Part shown: positions 37,126 through 44,770 of the stretch, piece by piece
How positions within the stretch are numbered: the stretch's first letter is position 1
How the letters are laid out: the number at the start of each line of letters is the position of its first letter
Made by a program: the position numbers and the translations under genes
From: Clostridia bacterium
GTDB taxonomy: Bacteria > Bacillota > Clostridia > Oscillospirales > CAG-272
NCBI GenBank assembly: GCA_017938885.1
Contig: JAGBAS010000028.1
Coordinates: 909-64,908 of the forward strand
Reading direction: 5' to 3'
Length of the DNA: 64,000 bases
Notes under the pieces: model-generated
The model's input: only the letters and a program-made list of their open reading frames with translations
The model's database searches: none
Told to the model about the DNA's origin: nothing

Positions 37126-37230
37126 GGAAGATCACCTCGTCTGTATAGATTCATACTATTATACTATATTTCACAGCAAATGTATACAGTTTTTTTGTGA
37201 ACATTCCGTAATTTTGGGATTTTTTTCACA

Positions 37231-38868
37231 TTATTCGATAATCGTAAAGGTTACGTCAAAGCTGTGAGCCCCCAGGCGCAGGGTAACCTTGCCGCTTCCC
37301 TGCTTGCCCGTGGGGAGAACGTTGCCGTCGGGCTTGATCTCAAAGAGATCCGGTGTGTAGTTTTCATAGACCACGCCATCGTTGCCGCAGACCTCAAACC
37401 AAGTCTTGTCGGCATAGACTGCCAGGCCGCGGAGTTGCTTCATCTCCCTCTTGGCGAGGGAGGCGGTATACTCGGTGATGAGGGGGGTGAAGGAGATGTC
37501 GGCCTTTTCGGGGTGGGGCTTCCAGTCGGGATCCACGTGGGGTTGGGCATTGTCCACGTAGGCGAGGAACTCGCAGAGCAGACCCTTGTAGGCGGCGCGG
37601 ACGTAGGTGTAGCCCTCGGAGATGCCCGTGGCCTTGCCGTTCTCAATGGAGAGGATGGCGGGATCGTAATCGTAGAAGGTTACCTCTCCCTCAACGGGAC
37701 GCATGGAATAGGTGACGTTGCCCGTCATCATGGGGATCTCCAGGGTCTCCCCCACGGCGAGGCGGCGGAAGTGGGGCTTTCTCAAGTAGAGCATGGAGGG
37801 GCTGAACTCGGCGGGATCGTCGATCTTCTCGATCTCGTGGTGGACGTTCTCCAGCCCCGATTCATCGTAGAAGTCCTCCTCCATGGCCTCGAAGACGTAA
37901 TCGTGGAGGCGGGTACCCCAGCAGCCCCACTTGTTGCCGTAGGCGTAGGCCAAAAGCAGAGTGTCCCCCGACTTGATGTGGTGCTGTGCGTCGCCGGAAA
38001 TGCCGCAGTTGTGGCACATCCAGCCCGTATTCACCTTGATGCTGTTCACACGGGTAAAGCGCAGGCCGTCGTCGGATTCATAGACCGCCAGAACGCTGTT
38101 CTCCGAGAAGCGGTTGTCGGTGGAGAGGGCGATGAATTTGTTCAAATCCTCGCAGTAGACCACGTCGTAGGAGTCGTTCCCCCCACCCGTTCTCTTGGAG
38201 GCCATACCGTGGTAGGTGAGCTTACCGGGCCAGTTCTCGTCGGTGATATCGGCGGTGGCCACGCGGGTCTCGCCGATGGGCTTGCCGTCTCTGTCCTTGG
38301 AGGTCCAGGTGTAGTAGATGTAGATGGTTTCACCCTTGATGACAAAGGAGAATTCCCCCGCGCCCCAGTTGTGCCAATCCTCGTCGTAGTAGATGACGGG
38401 GGAAGGCTTGCCCTGCCAATGGAGGGTGCCGTTGGCCGTCTCGCGGTGCTCGCCCCAGCCGTTTCCGCACCACCGCTCGAAGGGGCCTGTGGGGGACTTG
38501 GAGCGGCCGATGAAGCCGTTGTTGCAGACACCGCCGCCGTTGGCGAAGACGGTGGAGGTATAGCCGATGTAGTAGTACTCGCCGTACTTGATGACGGCGG
38601 GATCGCAGACCGAGAACCAGTCCATGGAGTCGGGGACGGGGTACATGACCACCTTTTCGTCCGTCCAGGTCTTACCACCGTCCTCGGAGCGGCGGTAGGT
38701 GAACCAGTCGGCCTCGTAGGCATCGCCGGGGGAGGCGAACCAGGCGTGGCAGACGCCGTCCTCCACCATGATGGTGGGGCCGTAGCGGTAGCCCCAGGAC
38801 TGGGATTTGCGGGGCATATAGATGTCGCGGCCGGAGTCGGTGAGAACTAATTTGAAGTGCTTGGTCAT
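37231..38868 (-). CDS. Beta-propeller glycoside-hydrolase-like protein with an Asp-box and C-terminal Ig-like domains (cytoplasmic, no signal peptide)
   Basis: Asp-box SEDGGKTW. The GH43/32-style DPAVIKYGEYYYIGYTS is present. The C-terminal region looks Big_2-like. The start at MTKHF has an RBS (gaaaggcaggtacataccATG). Confidence 0.6.
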   Translation of the reverse strand: MTKHFKLVLTDSGRDIYMPRKSQSWGYRYGPTIMVEDGVCHAWFASPGDAYEADWFTYRRSEDGGKTWTDEKVVMYPVPDSMDWFSVCDPAVIKYGEYYYIGYTSTVFANGGGVCNNGFIGRSKSPTGPFERWCGNGWGEHRETANGTLHWQGKPSPVIYYDEDWHNWGAGEFSFVIKGETIYIYYTWTSKDRDGKPIGETRVATADITDENWPGKLTYHGMASKRTGGGNDSYDVVYCEDLNKFIALSTDNRFSENSVLAVYESDDGLRFTRVNSIKVNTGWMCHNCGISGDAQHHIKSGDTLLLAYAYGNKWGCWGTRLHDYVFEAMEEDFYDESGLENVHHEIEKIDDPAEFSPSMLYLRKPHFRRLAVGETLEIPMMTGNVTYSMRPVEGEVTFYDYDPAILSIENGKATGISEGYTYVRAAYKGLLCEFLAYVDNAQPHVDPDWKPHPEKADISFTPLITEYTASLAKREMKQLRGLAVYADKTWFEVCGNDGVVYENYTPDLFEIKPDGNVLPTGKQGSGKVTLRLGAHSFDVTFTIIE

Positions 38869-38890
38869 GGTATGTACCTGCCTTTCTTGA

Positions 38891-38925
38891 ATGCAAAATG
38901 CGAAATGCAAAATGCAAAATGAATT
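38891..38925. repeat. Tandem heptad array (ATGCAAA)n
   Basis: ATGCAAA-ATGCGAA-ATGCAAA-ATGCAAA-ATGAATT lies immediately upstream (coding-strand sense: CATTTTG units) of the RBS of the 37231..38868 gene. The same TTGCAAAATG motif occurs in the outer arms of element C and near 55561..55578. Confidence 0.8.
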
Positions 38926-38939
38926 TTGTGGTTTCCTTG

Positions 38940-39365
38940 TTATTCCGTAGGGACGGCCTCGCAGATCTTGGTATGGGGATAGTAGCGGATTCGGTAGGTC
39001 TTTCCAATTTCCACGTTTGCGGCGTTCAAAATCACATATTCATCCTTTTCGGGTATGTAGAATTTCGGCCGTGAATAGTAAGGGTCGGGCTCAAACTCGT
39101 CGCGGTATACACGGGTAAAACATACGACCACGGCAGTTTCCTCCAAATACTCTCCGGACGTTGCCATTTCGTAATCCCGTATGGTTGGTATAAACATATA
39201 GGTGCTGAGAATAGCAAGAAATGACAAGGCTACACAAAAGCCTATGAAATACGGCTTATTTAACTTCTTTTTTACGAACAAGCAAGTACATAGCACGGCA
39301 AAAACGCCAGCGGAAGCCAAGCCCGTTACCGAAAGCGCAAATAGTAACCGGTATTCAGTCAGCAT
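38940..39365 (-). CDS. Hypothetical 2-TM membrane protein (AT-rich gene)
   Basis: Two hydrophobic helices are followed by a ~75-aa soluble tail. RBS aggagaatgtgcatATG. The composition is much AT-richer than the flanks. Confidence 0.5.
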   Translation of the reverse strand: MLTEYRLLFALSVTGLASAGVFAVLCTCLFVKKKLNKPYFIGFCVALSFLAILSTYMFIPTIRDYEMATSGEYLEETAVVVCFTRVYRDEFEPDPYYSRPKFYIPEKDEYVILNAANVEIGKTYRIRYYPHTKICEAVPTE

Positions 39366-39387
39366 ATGCACATTCTCCTATATGCGA

Positions 39388-40044
39388 TCATTCGTCCTTC
39401 CACACAAAATGATAATTGATGGACTCCCCTCCATCCACAAGGATGCTTTGTCCCGTGCAAAAGGTATTGGTGACCGTCAAAAAATACGCCCAATCCGCCA
39501 TTTCCTCGGGGGTGGCCCACTTTTTTAGGGGGGTCTCGTTCATGATCTGCGCCCAGAGGTCGGGGTCGTTCATGACACATTCGTTGAGGGGGGTGAGGAC
39601 GCCGCCGGGGTCCAGGCTGTTGCAGGTAGCGCCGTAGGGGGCGACCCGCATGGCCACGTTCTTGGTGTAGGCCAGGACACCGCCCTTGGAGGCGCAGTAG
39701 AGGGGGAATTCCGCCCCCGTGTGGGCGCTGGCCGAGCCGATGTGGAGGATGGACTTGATGGCGGGCTGGATACCGTAGGTCTCGGTCATGTGGATGAGGG
39801 CCTTGAGGTTTATATCAATGTCGGCCTCGTTCTGGGTGCCCGCGTTGTTGATGAGGATCTCGATGCCGTCGAGGGCGGGGAGCGCGTTGTAGTCGCGGAT
39901 ATCGCAAACGTAGTGGAGGTAGGCGGGATGGCCGATGCTTCCCTCTTTGCGGTCGATGCCCATGACAGTATGGCCTTCAGCCAGAAACTTCACTGCAATG
40001 GCGCGGCCGATGCCCTGTGCGGTGCCTGTGATGAGAACTTTCAT
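39388..40044 (-). CDS. Short-chain dehydrogenase/reductase (SDR)
   Basis: MKVLITGTAQGIGRAIA (TGxxxGIG)...YCASKGG (YxxxK). The start overlaps the upstream stop (ATGA). Confidence 0.8.
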   Translation of the reverse strand: MKVLITGTAQGIGRAIAVKFLAEGHTVMGIDRKEGSIGHPAYLHYVCDIRDYNALPALDGIEILINNAGTQNEADIDINLKALIHMTETYGIQPAIKSILHIGSASAHTGAEFPLYCASKGGVLAYTKNVAMRVAPYGATCNSLDPGGVLTPLNECVMNDPDLWAQIMNETPLKKWATPEEMADWAYFLTVTNTFCTGQSILVDGGESINYHFVWKDE

Positions 40045-40787
40045 GAACGGCTCCTTTCTTTATGCTCCAGATACTCGCGGCCCACGTTCTGTTGCTTCCA
40101 CTTTTGGGTCATGCGGTAGCCGATGGGGGAGAAGAGGATCTCCATGACCAGCTCCGCCACGGCTCCCGTAAGGGCGCACATGGCGCATTGGAGCACCGTC
40201 CAGCGGAAGCCGTCCCAAAAGATGGGGGCGAAAACGGTAAAAACGATGATGGAGAACAGGAAATTGTCGAAAAACTGGCCGATGAAGGTGGAGACGTAGG
40301 CTCGCATGGCGTAGGCCAGCTTGCCATCGGGATTTTTTCGGAAGGCCTTGCCGATCAGCCAGTTGAGGGTGTTGTTCAGCAGGGCCGAGGCGAGGAAGGC
40401 CACGGTACTGCCCAACAGGATGAACCAGGTTCCGCCAAATATGCCGTCGAAGGCGGTGTAATCCCCCGCGTTCGAGGGGATGGCGGCGGCGATGAAGAAG
40501 ATGGCGCAGGTCAGGAGGTTGATGCCGCAGGCCAAAACCGAGATGCGATTGGAGGCCCCAGGGCCGAAGTGCTTGGTGATGACATCCATGCACATGAAGG
40601 ACAGCCAGGAGATGAGGATTCCGCCGTCCAGGGCGATCCAGGGGAGCTGGAGGAGGGTCTTGTTGGCCAACAGGTTCATGCAGATGACCGAGACCACGAA
40701 GAGGGTCACCACCGTGGCGGGGATGGAGCGCAGGAGGATCCCCGTGTCGGTGTATTCACGGCGGAGCCATGAGAAGAGTGATTTCAT
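40041..40787 (-). CDS. YhhQ/VUT-family membrane protein (queuosine-precursor transporter family)
   Basis: Polytopic, with ...NLLANKTLLQLPWIALDGGILISWLSFMCMDVITKHFG... and ...YVSTFIGQFFDNFLFS..., typical of DUF165/YhhQ. Confidence 0.7.
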   Translation of the reverse strand: MKSLFSWLRREYTDTGILLRSIPATVVTLFVVSVICMNLLANKTLLQLPWIALDGGILISWLSFMCMDVITKHFGPGASNRISVLACGINLLTCAIFFIAAAIPSNAGDYTAFDGIFGGTWFILLGSTVAFLASALLNNTLNWLIGKAFRKNPDGKLAYAMRAYVSTFIGQFFDNFLFSIIVFTVFAPIFWDGFRWTVLQCAMCALTGAVAELVMEILFSPIGYRMTQKWKQQNVGREYLEHKERSRS

Positions 40788-40851
40788 GAGGAGATTTCCT
40801 TACTTTATGTAGATGTGACCGCGAGGGAAAGGGGGATTCCCGGCGGTCGGG

Positions 40852-41097
40852 TTTTCAAATTTGGGTTTATCGAACTGTTTGTTTGTGCCTTGCCCGCGTT
40901 ATTTGCCCTCTCACCGCTGCGCGGAGCTCCCCAAAAGGGGGAGCCTTGGGACGACGGAAAACACTTGTTGGGAAATGGGATTTTTGGAATTTGTCACGAA
41001 AGGCTCCCCCTCTGGGGGAGCTCCCGCCGTAGGCGGGTGAGAGGGCAAAACGCGAAGGCCAGCACTACCAAACGAACCGATAAACCCCAATTTTCAC
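40852..41097. repeat. Palindromic intergenic element B (TTGGGTTTATCG-type termini plus an inner GGAGCTCCCC/GGGGGAGCC palindrome)
   Basis: The left end ttttcaaatttgggtttatcgaac matches the right-end reverse complement, gtgaaaattggggtttatcggttc. The inner palindrome 40903..41048 is ttgccctctcacc...ggagctccccaaaagggggagcc // ggctccccctctgggggagctcc...ggtgagagggcaa. The right terminus contains the sigG stop codon. Confidence 0.8.
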
Positions 41098-41873
41098 AGC
41101 TGCTTCCGCAGCTTCTCCAGTGCCGCCTTCTCCACTCTGGACACCTGGGCCTGGGAGATGCCGATCTCGGCGGCGATCTCCATCTGGGTCTTGTCCTTGT
41201 AGTAGCGCAGGGATATGATCTTCTGCTCACGGGGGGTCAGGGTCTTGACTGCCTCGCGGAGGGCGATGTTCTCCAGCCAGGACTCGTCGGTGGAATCGCG
41301 GGAGGTGTCGGAGAGCTGGTCGATGACGTAGAGGGAGTCTCCGTTCTCCGAAAAGACGGGCTCGTAGAGGGATATGGGCTCCACGATGGCCTCCATGGCG
41401 GAGACCACCTGCTCGCGGGTAGCACCGATGCGGTCGGCGATCTCTTCGGGGGTGGGGTCGCGGTCCAATTCAGCGGAGAGCTCATCCCGTGCCCGGAGAG
41501 CGCGGTAAGCCGTATCCCGCACCGAGCGGCTGACCCGCACCGAAGCGGAATCCCGCATATAGCGGCGCATTTCCCCGATAATCATGGGGACGGCGTAGGT
41601 GGAGAACATGACCTCCTTGTCCACGTCGAAGTTGTCTACCGCCTTGACAAGGCCGATACAGCCCACCTGAAACAAGTCGTCAGGATTCTCCTTGCGCCCC
41701 GCAAAGCGTTGCACCAGGGAAAGAACCAGGCGCAGGTTTCCGCAGATCATGTCCCGACGGGCTTCCTCGTCCCCCTCCCGCACCCGCTTCATAAGAGCGC
41801 GCTTTTCCTCCTCAGTCAACACGGTCAGCGCTGAGGTATTGACACCGCATAGGATAACTTTACTGTGATACAT
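41094..41873 (-). CDS. sigG: Sporulation sigma factor SigG (forespore late)
   Basis: SKVILCGVNTSALTVLTEEE...NLRLVLSLVQRFAGRKENPDDLFQVGCIGLVKAVDNFD...FSTYAVPMIIGEMRRYMRD...QMEIAAEIGISQAQVSRVEKAAL is colinear with B. subtilis SigG. The upstream 47 codons of the ORF lack support. Confidence 0.85.
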   Translation of the reverse strand: MYHSKVILCGVNTSALTVLTEEEKRALMKRVREGDEEARRDMICGNLRLVLSLVQRFAGRKENPDDLFQVGCIGLVKAVDNFDVDKEVMFSTYAVPMIIGEMRRYMRDSASVRVSRSVRDTAYRALRARDELSAELDRDPTPEEIADRIGATREQVVSAMEAIVEPISLYEPVFSENGDSLYVIDQLSDTSRDSTDESWLENIALREAVKTLTPREQKIISLRYYKDKTQMEIAAEIGISQAQVSRVEKAALEKLRKQL

Positions 41874-41904
41874 GGCAAATCTCCCGTTTTTTTGAGATAG
41901 GAGA

Positions 41905-41934
41905 AGTATTTGCCGATTTGCGGGGGTGTTATAC
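41905..41934 (-). promoter_or_regulatory. Forespore-type (SigF/SigG-like) promoter candidate for sigG
   Basis: On the minus strand: GTATA (41934..41930), a 15-nt spacer, then GGCAAATACT (41914..41905). This fits my recollection of the GTATA-N15-GGnnAnAnT SigF-type pattern. Confidence 0.4.
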
Positions 41935-41960
41935 GGGGGGAGACTTGGGAGAAACTGGGC

Positions 41961-42026
41961 GAAACAAAAGCGCACCTGCGGCGTCCGCTCAGCAAGGAGC
42001 CTTCGGGCGCACACGCAGGTGCGCCC
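41961..42026 (-). terminator. nagB terminator with competing alternative hairpin
   Basis: On the minus strand GCGCACCTGC pairs either with nearby GTGCGCCC (a short hairpin) or with distal GCAGGTGCGC, which is followed by TTTTGTTT (terminator form). Confidence 0.45.
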
Positions 42027-42054
42027 CTACGGGTGTGATTTGAATTGGACGCGA

Positions 42055-42777
42055 TCAGCCGTTATAGGCGGCTTCGTCGCAGATAACGGTTACGTCCGCA
42101 TGGAGATTCAGCATGGAGGCAGGGCAGGAGGTGTCCAGCTTGCCCTCCAGCATCTTGGCAACGGCTTCATGCTTGGCGATACCGTTGGCCAGAATGATGA
42201 TCTTCCTGGCATTCAGGATGGTACCGATACCCATGGTCAGAGCCTTGGTGGGGACATCGGATTCGGAGGCGAAGAAGCGGGCGTTGGCCTTGATGGTGGA
42301 CTCGGTCAGACCCGTGACGTGGGTCTTGACCTCCAGGGCGGTATCGGGCTCGTTGAAGCCGATGTGGCCATTCTGACCGATGCCCAGAACCTGAACGGCG
42401 GCGGGGCCCACCTTGGCTACGATCTCCTCGTAGGCCTCGCAGGCAGCATCGGGATCGGCGGCCATGCCGTCGGGGACGTAGGTGCGGGTCTTGTCGATAT
42501 TGACGTGGTTGAAGAGGTTCTCGTTCATGAAGTAGCGGTAGGACTGGTCGTTTTCGGGGGAAATGGGGTAGTACTCGTCCAGGTTGACCGTGGTGACCGA
42601 GGAGAAATCGATCTCCCCCGCCCGGTTCATCTCAATGAGCTTTCTGTACATCCCCACAGGGGTGGAGCCGGTAGCCAGACCCAGCACGCAGGCGGGATCG
42701 GCCTTCATGGCCTCGGCCACGATGCTTGCGGCGGCGGCGGACATTTCTTCGTAGTTCTCGCAGACAATCAGTTTCAT
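42055..42777 (-). CDS. nagB: Glucosamine-6-phosphate deaminase
   Basis: MKLIVCENYEEMS...LGLATGSTPVGMY...NLDEY...LGIGQNGHIGFNEP... RBS agaaaggaaaccactATG. Confidence 0.92.
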   Translation of the reverse strand: MKLIVCENYEEMSAAAASIVAEAMKADPACVLGLATGSTPVGMYRKLIEMNRAGEIDFSSVTTVNLDEYYPISPENDQSYRYFMNENLFNHVNIDKTRTYVPDGMAADPDAACEAYEEIVAKVGPAAVQVLGIGQNGHIGFNEPDTALEVKTHVTGLTESTIKANARFFASESDVPTKALTMGIGTILNARKIIILANGIAKHEAVAKMLEGKLDTSCPASMLNLHADVTVICDEAAYNG

Positions 42778-42854
42778 AGTGGTTTCCTTTCTATCGGCAG
42801 ATGGGCAGATGGTATGAAATAGTATATCCAAGGCAGACGGTCGCTATGACCCCA

Positions 42855-44039
42855 TCACAGAATGTCGCTCTCGTCGTCGGGGATGGCCTCCTTCATGGCA
42901 GCGATGGCGCACTCGATCATGCTGTCGTCGGGTTCCAGGACGGTAATGCGCTGGAACCACAGGCCGGGGGCGGCGATGATACGGGTCAGGAGGTTGTCGT
43001 GGCGGCCGCAGAATTTAATGAGCTCATAGCCAATACCCATGACCAGAGGCATGATGGCCAGCTTGATCGCGGTCAGCAGCCACTTATTGAGGGTAGCGGG
43101 GATAAAGAAACCGATGAGAATGCTGACAAGCAGCATCAGCACCAAAAAGGAAGTGCCGCATCGGGGATGAAAGCGACGCTCCTCGCGGATATTCTCCACA
43201 GTCAGCTCCTTGCCATGCTCGTAGCAGAAGATGGTCTTATGCTCGGCACCGTGGAACTGGAAGGTGCGGCGGATATCCTTCATGAGAAGCATGAGGGACA
43301 TATAGCCGACGAGGAGGATCAAGCGGATGGAGGTGGTGCAAAGGGACTGTAAAAAGCGGTTATTCTGAGGGAAATTCGGGATGTGGGCCTCCATGACGTC
43401 CTTGTAGAGGAAGGAGGGCAGGAAGAAGAACAGGCCGATCATGATGGCTACGGCAAACAGCACCGAGATCACCATGATGAGGTTCATCATGGCCGAGGAT
43501 TCCTTCTTTTCCTTCTGGGCAGGCGCGGGCGCGGACTCGGCGGCAGGAGTCTCCGCTGTCTCTGCGGAGGGGGTAACCACCGTCTCGGCCGGGGATTCGG
43601 CGGACTCGACCACTTCGGGGGCGGGCTCTACCGCCTCAGAGGCAGGGACCTCCACGGCTACGGGCAGGGTCTCACCATTCTTGGCGGCCTTTTTGGCGGC
43701 TTTCTCGGCCTTCTTGGCGGCCTTCTTATCGGCCTTTTCCTTTTCCATCTCGGCTTCGAGCTCCTCCAGCCCCGAGATCTCGGCGGAGCGCATGAGGCAC
43801 TTGTAGCCGAAGGTCATGGAATCAACAAAGCCAATAACACCGCGGATGATGGGCCAGCGGCAGATGGCGGGGCGTTTCTTACCCACGGTGGGGAAGGTCT
43901 CCAGGACGATCTCCCCTTGGGGATTGCGGACGGCCATGGCGGTGGTCTTGGGGCCGCGCATCATGATGCCCTCCATGAGTGCCTGGCCGCCGATGGAGGT
44001 CTTGCGGAGAGGACAGGCATTGTTTGTATGCTTACTCAT
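42855..44039 (-). CDS. DUF1385-family membrane protein with a ~95-aa low-complexity insertion
   Basis: IGGQALMEGIMMRGP...FHGAEHKTI...RCGTSFL are DUF1385 hallmarks. The insertion reads EKEKADKKAAKKAEKAAKKAAKNGE...PAPEVVESAESPAETVVTPSAETAETPAAESAPAPAQKEKKE. Confidence 0.8.
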   Translation of the reverse strand: MSKHTNNACPLRKTSIGGQALMEGIMMRGPKTTAMAVRNPQGEIVLETFPTVGKKRPAICRWPIIRGVIGFVDSMTFGYKCLMRSAEISGLEELEAEMEKEKADKKAAKKAEKAAKKAAKNGETLPVAVEVPASEAVEPAPEVVESAESPAETVVTPSAETAETPAAESAPAPAQKEKKESSAMMNLIMVISVLFAVAIMIGLFFFLPSFLYKDVMEAHIPNFPQNNRFLQSLCTTSIRLILLVGYMSLMLLMKDIRRTFQFHGAEHKTIFCYEHGKELTVENIREERRFHPRCGTSFLVLMLLVSILIGFFIPATLNKWLLTAIKLAIMPLVMGIGYELIKFCGRHDNLLTRIIAAPGLWFQRITVLEPDDSMIECAIAAMKEAIPDDESDIL

Positions 44040-44227
44040 AGGTAGTTCCTTTCACGGTTCATAGGGGATACACACTTTATCACGATATTGTACCACGAAG
44101 ATATGAACTCCATGTGAATGGGAGGGGATGAAAAAGTTTTTTTGGGTGCGGGAAATTTCGACGGAGTTTGCGGGGGGATGCGGGTATAATGGGGGAAGAA
44201 ATTCACTCACCAGAAAGGATATCATCC

Positions 44228-44758
44228 ATGCAATGCGAACGATGTAACAAGAAGAAGGCAACGGTGTTTTACCGGGAGAATATCGGAGGGAAAATCAGAG
44301 CACTGCGGCTGTGCGGGGAGTGCGCTGAGCTTTTGGAGCGGGCGGGGGAGCTGGAGGATATGAGCACGGCTCTGTCGGGGGTGTTCTCTCCTCTTCTGCG
44401 GGAGGACGAGGGAGTCTGTTTCCCGCCCTTTGGTGTCGCTCCCTCTCCCGTTCCCCGGAACGCCGCCCGCAAATGTCCTGCCTGCGGAGCCCTGCTCTCC
44501 GAGATCGCCGCTACGGGCCGGGTGGGGTGCGCCGCCTGCTACACCGCCTTTGAGGCAGAGCTGCGGGATCTTCTGATCGGCATACACGGGCGGGTCTTTC
44601 ATCGGGGGCGGGTATCGGCGGGATACCGCGCTCGAAAGGAGCGGTTGGAGCGGATGGAGGATTTACGGCAGCAGCTGCGGATTGCGGTAGAAGCAGAGGA
44701 ATACGAGCGGGCGGCCGGACTTCGGGACGAGATCCGAGGTCTGGAAGCCGCGCTGTAA
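44228..44758 (+). CDS. mcsA: McsA-like protein (UvrB/C-motif, zinc-finger activator of McsB)
   Basis: Four CxxC pairs (CERC, CGEC, CPAC, CAAC) and a C-terminal UVR motif, [17 protein letters not shown]. It lies directly upstream of mcsB. Confidence 0.8.
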   Translation: MQCERCNKKKATVFYRENIGGKIRALRLCGECAELLERAGELEDMSTALSGVFSPLLREDEGVCFPPFGVAPSPVPRNAARKCPACGALLSEIAATGRVGCAACYTAFEAELRDLLIGIHGRVFHRGRVSAGYRARKERLERMEDLRQQLRIAVEAEEYERAAGLRDEIRGLEAAL

Positions 44759-44770
44759 GGAGGACGGATC

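Noticed and set aside
37126-37230. SOS/LexA-like box or operator at the pyrH promoter (CTGTATAC … CTATACAG inverted repeat flanking a TATAAT).
   Set aside because: The spacing (~30 nt between half-sites) does not fit LexA (Gram-positive CGAAC-N4-GTTCG) or any operator I can name. The -35 is poor, so even the promoter call is weak.
40788-40851. preQ1 riboswitch upstream of the YhhQ-family transporter.
   Set aside because: The leader (…gggaatccccctttccctcgcggtcacatctacataaagtaaggaaatctcctcATG) has a small hairpin. It lacks the conserved loop and the A-rich AAAAAACUA-type tail of preQ1-I, and I see no preQ1-II/III features. A covariance-model scan would be decisive.
44040-44227. CtsR operator and ctsR gene upstream of mcsA.
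   Set aside because: There is no GGTCAAA direct repeat and no ORF with a CtsR-like HTH in this interval. I report only a weak TATAAT-containing promoter candidate.
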